Source of the DNA: Candidatus Hodarchaeota archaeon
Lineage (GTDB): Archaea > Asgardarchaeota > Heimdallarchaeia > Hodarchaeales > Hodarchaeaceae
Direction: 5' to 3'
Length of the DNA: 21,521 bases
Assembly: GCA_029856365.1 (NCBI GenBank)
Contig: JAHQWW010000064.1
Location: forward strand, 1 to 21,521
The number at the start of each line of letters is the position of its first letter. Positions within the stretch are counted from its first letter, which is position 1. A program made the translations under genes and the position numbers. This document shows positions 15,499 through 21,521 of this stretch, piece by piece. A model generated the notes under the pieces. That model was not told the origin of the DNA. It worked only from the letters and a program-made list of their open reading frames with translations, and searched no databases.

Positions 15499-17097
15499 AT
15501 GTTAAACCGTCCGATTCTAGTAATGAATGGCACTCTTATTGACGGAACAGGAAAACCATCCATCCAAGATAGTGCAATTGTCGTCCTTGGATCTCATATT
15601 ATTGAGGTAGGAACAGCTGATGATGTCGATGTCCCAAAAAATGCAGAAATTATTGATGCAGCAGGAAAAACTGTTATCCCAGGCTTCATAGACAGTCATA
15701 CTCATTTTATTCTGATGGGAGTCCGAACACTCACCACAGTAGATCTTTCTAAAACAAAATCCATCTCGGAGGTCGTAGCGAAAGTCAAACTGAGATTGGC
15801 TAACCTATCAAAGGGAACTTGGCTTACTGGTCATGGATGGGACGAAAGTGGTTGGACTGAAAAAAGATATCCAACCAAAGAAGACTTTGATCATATTTCT
15901 CCTTATAATCCTGTAGTTCTCACTCCTTACTATGGCCACTTAATGTCTGTTAATTCCCGAGCACTAGAGCTTGCAAAAATAACAAAACAAACCGTTGATC
16001 CTCCAGGGGGAAAAATTGATCGAGATCCCATAACAGGAGAACCTATAGGTGTACTGAGGGAGGAAGCAATGACATTAGTCGATAATATTAAACCTTCTAT
16101 TACAAAAGAAGAATCATTGAAAGGTTTGCAGAAGGCTTGCGAGATCTCATTGAGTTGGGGCTGCACGAGTATCCACGAACTAGAAGCACAAGCCCTTGAC
16201 ATCCGTACCTATCAAACTGCTCTTGAACAGGGGATTCTCACAGTGAGAGCTTATATTATGCCCACAGCGCGATTCACTGAGAAGATGCTTGATGGAATAC
16301 AGACTCTTGGTATCAAGACGTTTTTTGGTGATGAATTTCTTAGAATAGGAGCTGTAAAGATCTATATAGACGGATCTATGGGAGCACGTACCGCAGTATT
16401 TTCTGATTCATATGCAGATGACCCCTCGACCAAGGGTATCTTTACTATATCTCCAGAAGAACTTGAACAAAGAGTGTTAAGAGCGCATAAACTAGGAATG
16501 CAGGTTGCTATACACGCTATTGGCGATAAAGGAATTGAAGAGGCCCTCAATGCTATTGAAGCAGCGCTTGAACAAGAACCAAGGAAGGATCATCGGCATA
16601 GGGTCGAGCACTGCGAAATACTTACGGATGATCAGATTTTGAGGATCAAGCGACTTAAAATCGTTCCATCGATGCAACCTAACTTTGTTGGAGAATGGGG
16701 ACATCGAGGAGGGATGTATGAACAACGTTTAGGCCGGAATCGCCTTAAACTCAGTAATCCTTACCGAAGACTGCTTGACGAGAAGATCACAGTAGCTTTT
16801 GGCTCAGACTGCGGTTATTGCCCTCCTTGGCCTTTTAATCCATTATATGGCATCTGGGCTGCAGTAAATCACCCCATAGAAGAAAATCAGATCTCTTTGG
16901 AAGAAGCGGTAAGATGTTATACTCATAATGGAGCATATGCTTCTTTCGAAGAAGATATCAAAGGCACAATTGAACCTGCTAAACTTGCTGATATTGCCAT
17001 CCTTTCTAAAGATCTATCTTCTATCCCTACAAAAGAAATTAAGAATGTATCAGTCGAACTGACTATGGTAAACGGCAGGATCCAATGGAAATCCTAA
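15499..17097 (+). CDS. Amidohydrolase-3 (YtcJ-like) metal-dependent hydrolase
   Basis: PGFIDSHTH, GWDE, KIYIDGSMGARTA, HAIGD, RVEH, GSD and G.I..GK.AD-like motifs. Confidence 0.92.
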   Translation: MLNRPILVMNGTLIDGTGKPSIQDSAIVVLGSHIIEVGTADDVDVPKNAEIIDAAGKTVIPGFIDSHTHFILMGVRTLTTVDLSKTKSISEVVAKVKLRLANLSKGTWLTGHGWDESGWTEKRYPTKEDFDHISPYNPVVLTPYYGHLMSVNSRALELAKITKQTVDPPGGKIDRDPITGEPIGVLREEAMTLVDNIKPSITKEESLKGLQKACEISLSWGCTSIHELEAQALDIRTYQTALEQGILTVRAYIMPTARFTEKMLDGIQTLGIKTFFGDEFLRIGAVKIYIDGSMGARTAVFSDSYADDPSTKGIFTISPEELEQRVLRAHKLGMQVAIHAIGDKGIEEALNAIEAALEQEPRKDHRHRVEHCEILTDDQILRIKRLKIVPSMQPNFVGEWGHRGGMYEQRLGRNRLKLSNPYRRLLDEKITVAFGSDCGYCPPWPFNPLYGIWAAVNHPIEENQISLEEAVRCYTHNGAYASFEEDIKGTIEPAKLADIAILSKDLSSIPTKEIKNVSVELTMVNGRIQWKS

Positions 17098-17281
17098 GTA
17101 ACTGAGACTCTCAATAATCTTATCTCCAACCATATCCCTACTAATATCCTCAGTAAAATACATCAGGCAATCCTCAAGACTAAAGAGCGCACTTGTATGA
17201 AGCAAGTTCAATTACATAAGGCTTTACTGGAGTAATTTCATAGAGAGAACCTACTTCAGAAGAATAGGAATAATATGAATT

Positions 17282-17865
17282 TTATGACTTTTTTTTCATA
17301 AATAGAAATATATCATTTCTGTATTCCAAGAATGTAAACTTCTTTTTTACAACTGGATCAATGATTTCTTTTTTTGATGACTTTATTGAAATGATATCAC
17401 CAATTCGCAGAACACGGTATAATTCGTCTAGAATCTCCTAAAAAAGGTTTTCATTACGAATCAGTTTTGGAACTCCAAAGAGACGAGCGATATCAATACT
17501 TTGATCCAGGATACCTGTATCTGTTGCATCTGCAGGAATAGTTTCTACATTTATTTGTCCTTCGATCTCGATCTTTTCCTGGACTCTCTTTATTGTTAAT
17601 GGATGAATATCTAGCGCATATAGCTTACCTGTTTCAGGTACGATTTTGCAGTAGGGATGGTAAAAAATCCTGGACCACACCCTATTTCTAGTACTTTTTG
17701 TCCTGATTTGAGTCCAGCTTCTTCTAATGTTTTGTAAGGATTAGAACATTTTCGACGGAGTGGATTATCGTGGATTAACGACATCATTTTAAAACCTCAA
17801 TTAAGGCCTGCTTTTCTATTCCCTGTTATCACCTTAATATTTGAATTGCTGGAGGTTGATTTCAT
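17282..17865 (-). pseudogene. Class I SAM-dependent methyltransferase (UbiE-like) remnant
   Basis: The minus strand gives ...GLKSGQKVLEIGCGPGFFTIPTAK, then a frameshift in the A-run at 17644-17647, then IVPETGKLYALDIHP...ADATDTG..DQSID. After TAG 17438-17440 it continues EILDELYRVLRIGD to TAA 17282-17284. A further TGA lies at 17797-17799. The start is uncertain. Confidence 0.85.
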
Positions 17866-17879
17866 TAACTTTATTATAA

Positions 17880-18359
17880 TTAAAGCTCTTTTTGCAGATT
17901 TTCACTATAACTGGATAAGGAGGAGTCGTATTTAACTGCTTCCTCTGAATCAATCAAGTCATATTCATTTAACATCTTTCTATGACTTTCAGACCAGTCA
18001 CCCAGTTGTTCATGCATTTTAATATAATTTGTAGGCATAGGATGCGTACCCACGATAACAGGTAATTCAGTATGCTTCTCGATAAAGTTTTTAAGAACAT
18101 CCAGATAAAGACATGGAGGATAACCAGCCAAAACACCTGTAGCAAAATGAATCACTTGAGCTCCATATTTTTTCATCCCCATGACTGCATTTTCAACGTT
18201 TCCTCCAGGACAACCACCACAGGTTGTATAAGACACCACTTCTAAGGATTCTTCCTTTGAGTAACGTCTAAATGCTCCTTCTCGATTTCTAACTGCACGA
18301 AAGCACTTCCCTCCTTCACACGTTTTATAGCGATCACAGATAATTATTCCGATTTTCAT
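17880..18359 (-). CDS. CGGC domain protein (putative metal-binding/redox)
   Basis: KIGIIICDRY..C.GGKC, YTTCGGCPGG, GYPPC and VIVGTHP. Confidence 0.9.
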   Translation of the reverse strand: MKIGIIICDRYKTCEGGKCFRAVRNREGAFRRYSKEESLEVVSYTTCGGCPGGNVENAVMGMKKYGAQVIHFATGVLAGYPPCLYLDVLKNFIEKHTELPVIVGTHPMPTNYIKMHEQLGDWSESHRKMLNEYDLIDSEEAVKYDSSLSSYSENLQKEL

Positions 18360-18494
18360 CTCTATTACCCAACAAATATCATATAAAAGTTGTTTTAAAG
18401 ATTCTTACCCCTGATGAACTCATTAATATACACCATTATTTAATGAAACAGGTTATAATATATCAAATTTGAGTTAAAATATGGTGAAAATTTG

Positions 18495-19454
18495 ATGAAA
18501 AACAGAAGATTGTTATCTTTTGGCCCAGTTCCATCAAGACGTCTCGGAAAAAGTTTAGGAGTTAACAATATTCCCCCCAAAAATTGTTCTTATTCGTGTG
18601 TTTACTGTCAATTAGGAAAAACTGTTAATAAGACTATCAAGAGACACGCTTACTATAGGTCACAGAACATTATTAGAGAAGTCAATCATAAAATCAACGA
18701 AACTATCTCCAGAAATGAAAAAGTTGATTTCATAACATTCGTACCAGATGGAGAGCCAACCTTAGATATTAATCTGAAGAAAGAAATCTCTCTTCTAAAA
18801 CAGTTCGATAAACCCATTGCTGTCATTACAAATTCTTCATTACTATGGCTGGAGGATGTTCGAGAAGATCTTTTAGAAGCTGATTTGGTTTCAATCAAAG
18901 TAGATACTGTCAATGAAAAGATGTGGAAAAAGATAAACAGGCCTCATAAACACCTGAAATTTAATTTAATCTTAGAAGGAATACAAGAGTTTTCAAAAGA
19001 ATTTACAGGAATCATTGTGAGCGAAACAATGCTAATGGGAAGGATAGATTATCGCAACCAATTTCAGAAAATAGCAGAATTTCTTGGTTCACTACCAAAT
19101 CTAAATAAGATATATATCGCCATTCCAACAAGACCTCCAGCTGAAAAATGGGTTATCCCACCAACTGAGAATATTATAAACCGTGCTTATCAAGAATATT
19201 CAAAAATTCTTGGAGAGGACAAGATTGAATATCTAATCGGTTATGAAGGGAATGCCTTCGCATTCACTGGAAGTGCGGAAGATGATCTTCTAAGCATAAT
19301 CTCTGTTCATCCAATGCGGAAAGAAGCGGTTAAGATTTTTTTAAAAAAGGCAAATACGGATTTTTCTATCGTGGAAAAACTCTTAGATGATGAAAAAATA
19401 GTTGAACTTGAATACGAAGGAATGGAGTATTATTTAAGAAAATTATCTGGTTGA
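18495..19454 (+). CDS. Radical SAM Fe-S oxidoreductase (COG0731-like)
   Basis: FGPVPSRRLGKSLGVN, CSYSCVYC (CxxxCxxC), DGEPTL, ITNSSL and PTRPP. GGTGA SD at 18483-18487 favours ATG 18495. Confidence 0.9.
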   Translation: MKNRRLLSFGPVPSRRLGKSLGVNNIPPKNCSYSCVYCQLGKTVNKTIKRHAYYRSQNIIREVNHKINETISRNEKVDFITFVPDGEPTLDINLKKEISLLKQFDKPIAVITNSSLLWLEDVREDLLEADLVSIKVDTVNEKMWKKINRPHKHLKFNLILEGIQEFSKEFTGIIVSETMLMGRIDYRNQFQKIAEFLGSLPNLNKIYIAIPTRPPAEKWVIPPTENIINRAYQEYSKILGEDKIEYLIGYEGNAFAFTGSAEDDLLSIISVHPMRKEAVKIFLKKANTDFSIVEKLLDDEKIVELEYEGMEYYLRKLSG

Positions 19455-19629
19455 ACTCCCAACCCAATTAAAATCATAATCTAGGGGAATTTCTAGATGT
19501 ATCATCGAGATTTCATCAAACGTAATGAAAAAAGCTGTTAATAATTTGGTTTTATTTTCAAATAAGAAGAATACCCCTGCATTATTGGAAAAAGGAGAGA
19601 AGGATGAATACCAACAATTAGTAAATCAA

Positions 19630-20001
19630 TTAATCCTTCCTTTCACTTGCTAATTCTTCCAATCTTTTCTCTATTAGTTCGATCTCTTTTTTCATACTTT
19701 TTAGTGTCTGATCTAGATATTTTGATTCAGCTTCTGGATCAAGTGTAGTTGGCCAAGGAGGTACAGTCGCAGGGGGGTAAGAAGGGGTTCCATAAGGTGG
19801 ATAATAATATGGACTTGGATAAAATCCCCGACCACGGCCCCAACCTCCTCCTCCCCAACCGCGACCCCATCCATAACCACGACCCCACCCCATTCCAGGT
19901 CCTTTTGTATAGCCAGGAGTAGAATATCCAGCACAATATCCTAATCCTCTTCCAGTCATCGGGCCAACGCCCCATGGCCCAGTTCTATCTCCTCTAGGCA
20001 T
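19630..20001 (-). CDS. DUF5320 family Gly/Arg-rich protein
   Basis: MPRGDRTGPWGVGPMTGRGLGYCAGY..PGY, G(W/R)G repeats, a Pro/Tyr linker and a C-terminal coiled coil. GGTGA SD at 20010-20006. Confidence 0.9.
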   Translation of the reverse strand: MPRGDRTGPWGVGPMTGRGLGYCAGYSTPGYTKGPGMGWGRGYGWGRGWGGGGWGRGRGFYPSPYYYPPYGTPSYPPATVPPWPTTLDPEAESKYLDQTLKSMKKEIELIEKRLEELASERKD

Positions 20002-20039
20002 ATTATCACCAATGAGCTATAGCACAAAATTAATTTATA

Positions 20040-20063
20040 AATTTTGTGCATATGCACAAAATT
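20040..20063. promoter_or_regulatory. Perfect 24-bp palindrome, putative operator upstream of the DUF5320 gene
   Basis: AATTTTGTGCAT|ATGCACAAAATT. A related site TGAGC-TATA-GCACA is at 20013-20026, and TTTATAAA lies at 20034-20041. Confidence 0.75.
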
Positions 20064-20103
20064 CAATACGCCCTTTTTATATATTTTTTTACTCAAAAAA
20101 TGC

Positions 20104-20883
20104 TTATTCTTTTAAGAAAACATATTTTTCGGTATGGATTTTAAAAAATTTATATCCTCCACCTTCCTGTATAATTTTCATTGTTAAATCGGAATTGATT
20201 ATTCTTGAGCTACCAACTACTGAAAATCCAAGATCAAAAGCTAATTTAGGAAAAATTTGAGCTGATGGTCCAATAAGGATTTTTTTTCCAGATATATGGG
20301 ATAATAAATGGATGATCCTATCAAAGTTATCAAATACTAAAGCAGAGCCAGAAACAAATATATTATCAACTACTTCAAGATCTGATACCTCATTAACTTG
20401 AGAAATACTGCTTATACTGGTGGCTGGCATAAATCTGTCTAAAATCCTTACTGAGATGCCTTTCTTAGCCAAATAAAGAGAAATTGGATAGATATTCCCT
20501 ATCATTCCTACTACCATGTCTGGCGTGGGCTTAAAAATCTCAATAATATCTTTAGAAGATATATCAGAAAAATCAATATGAGCTTGACTGTAAGTGTTAA
20601 GTGCAGCAACTCCAACTGATCTCAATATAGCATAAGGAGAGGAACAATATTCAATTAAATCAAATAATGATTGATCCGAAAGAAATCCATTGTGGAGAAG
20701 GCGATGGTACCCCTCATGGTCGGAGGAACGATCTGTTAATGTGAAGGACACTCCAGTTGTTTCATCTTCTAATTCTATCCCCGTGTAAAGAACTCCAATG
20801 ACTACTTTTTTAATAAACAAATTTTTAGATGGTTTAATAAATTTTAAAGCTCGTTCAGCTAGTTGAGCAAGCTGTGAAGACAT
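20104..20883 (-). CDS. DUF364 (DUF4213 + Rossmann-like) putative metal-chelation protein
   Basis: VVIGVLYTG.EL, RSVGVAALN, VGMIGNI.P, VSGSALV, IGPSAQ and II.EGGG. Confidence 0.85.
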   Translation of the reverse strand: MSSQLAQLAERALKFIKPSKNLFIKKVVIGVLYTGIELEDETTGVSFTLTDRSSDHEGYHRLLHNGFLSDQSLFDLIEYCSSPYAILRSVGVAALNTYSQAHIDFSDISSKDIIEIFKPTPDMVVGMIGNIYPISLYLAKKGISVRILDRFMPATSISSISQVNEVSDLEVVDNIFVSGSALVFDNFDRIIHLLSHISGKKILIGPSAQIFPKLAFDLGFSVVGSSRIINSDLTMKIIQEGGGYKFFKIHTEKYVFLKE

Positions 20884-20977
20884 CTATTTACCCTCATATA
20901 ATAATGAAGAATTTTATAAATCTTATTTTTTCATCAATTGGCATATAAAGAATAGATTTCTCCAAATACCCCTCTAT

Positions 20978-21520
20978 TCACGAATTAACACTTTTTAAAA
21001 GTATTTTCTCGACAATAGGAGTGAAATACTTAAAAGCATGTGTAATCCCTTGATCTTCGTCAGCTCTGATCTTAGGATCAAATGGGATCTGCCCAAGAAG
21101 TTCAGTTTCAAATTCGTTAGCCATTCTTTCTCCACCCCCCTCTCCAAAAATTGCATGTTTTTTCCCACAAGAGGGGCAGATGAACCCTGACATGTTTTCT
21201 ATTATTCCAATGATTGGACGATCCATTTTCCTTGACATAACGAGTGATTTACCCGTGTCTAGCAGACTCATTTCTTGGGGCGTAGTAACGATCACGACTC
21301 CATCCATATCGGGAATCATTTGCATGATAGAAATGGCTTCATCTCCTGTTCCTGGTGGTAAGTCAAAAATTAACACCTCTAAATCACCCCAGATAAAATC
21401 CGTTAGAAATTGTCGAAGAGCTTTGATTTTTAGAGGACCCCGCCAAACAACAGGTGTAGAAGTTGTCTCTAAAAGAAAGGCCATAGATACAATTTTGAGA
21501 TCCATTGGACCTTTTATTGG
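20978..21520 (-). CDS. mrp: Mrp/NBP35/ApbC Fe-S cluster carrier ATPase; 5'-truncated by the window end
   Basis: VVWRGP, DLPPGTGDE, VTTPQ and GIIENMSGFICPSCG. The frame is open to the end of the window. Confidence 0.93.
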   Translation of the reverse strand, partial: PIKGPMDLKIVSMAFLLETTSTPVVWRGPLKIKALRQFLTDFIWGDLEVLIFDLPPGTGDEAISIMQMIPDMDGVVIVTTPQEMSLLDTGKSLVMSRKMDRPIIGIIENMSGFICPSCGKKHAIFGEGGGERMANEFETELLGQIPFDPKIRADEDQGITHAFKYFTPIVEKILLKSVNS

Positions 21521-21521
21521 A

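Noticed and set aside
17098-17235. 45 open codons in frame after the amidohydrolase TAA
   Set aside because: The enzyme ends at the normal family C-terminus (TMVNGRI), TAA is not a recoded stop, and the extension has no recognisable features.
18420-18446. Inverted repeat TCATTAA-N13-TTAATGA in the CGGC/radical SAM divergent region (a short hairpin at 19479-19498 is similar)
   Set aside because: Short AT-rich arms and single occurrences; too weak to call.
19835-19895. GC-rich repeated units (ccccaacc/ccccatcc)
   Set aside because: They encode the GWGRG repeats of DUF5320; this is not a CRISPR array or independent DNA repeat.

Overview
AT-rich archaeal window. GGTGA Shine-Dalgarno sites, TTTA(T/A)A boxes, TrmB and Lrp regulators and archaeal-type proteins point to an archaeon; the style suggests Asgard/Heimdallarchaeia, but no marker gene here can confirm that. 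The main theme is heme, iron and Fe-S cofactor handling. From the left: the 3' part of a membrane-anchored (alpha/alpha)6-barrel protein, then a cytochrome c maturation System I* cluster (ccmF-E-C-D-A-B). CcmE carries CxxxY, a 51-aa CcmD is missing from the ORF track, CcmC has Met in place of its first conserved His, and there is no ccmG/H. Next come an FTR1 iron permease, an ArsN2-like GNAT, a DUF438/hemerythrin/PAS protein, a VOC protein, TrmB, an uncharacterised polytopic membrane protein, a NapH/CcoG-like membrane ferredoxin, a broken heme O synthase, an Lrp regulator, an orphan 2-oxoacid:ferredoxin oxidoreductase gamma subunit, a YtcJ-like amidohydrolase and a decayed methyltransferase. 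The window ends with a CGGC / radical SAM / DUF5320 / DUF364 / Mrp cluster. Notable non-coding signals are a perfect 24-bp palindrome with a partner site flanking a TATA box, Ptr2-like ACGA-N3-TCGT boxes, and a set of mutually exclusive hairpins. No rRNA, tRNA, CRISPR array or transposase was seen.
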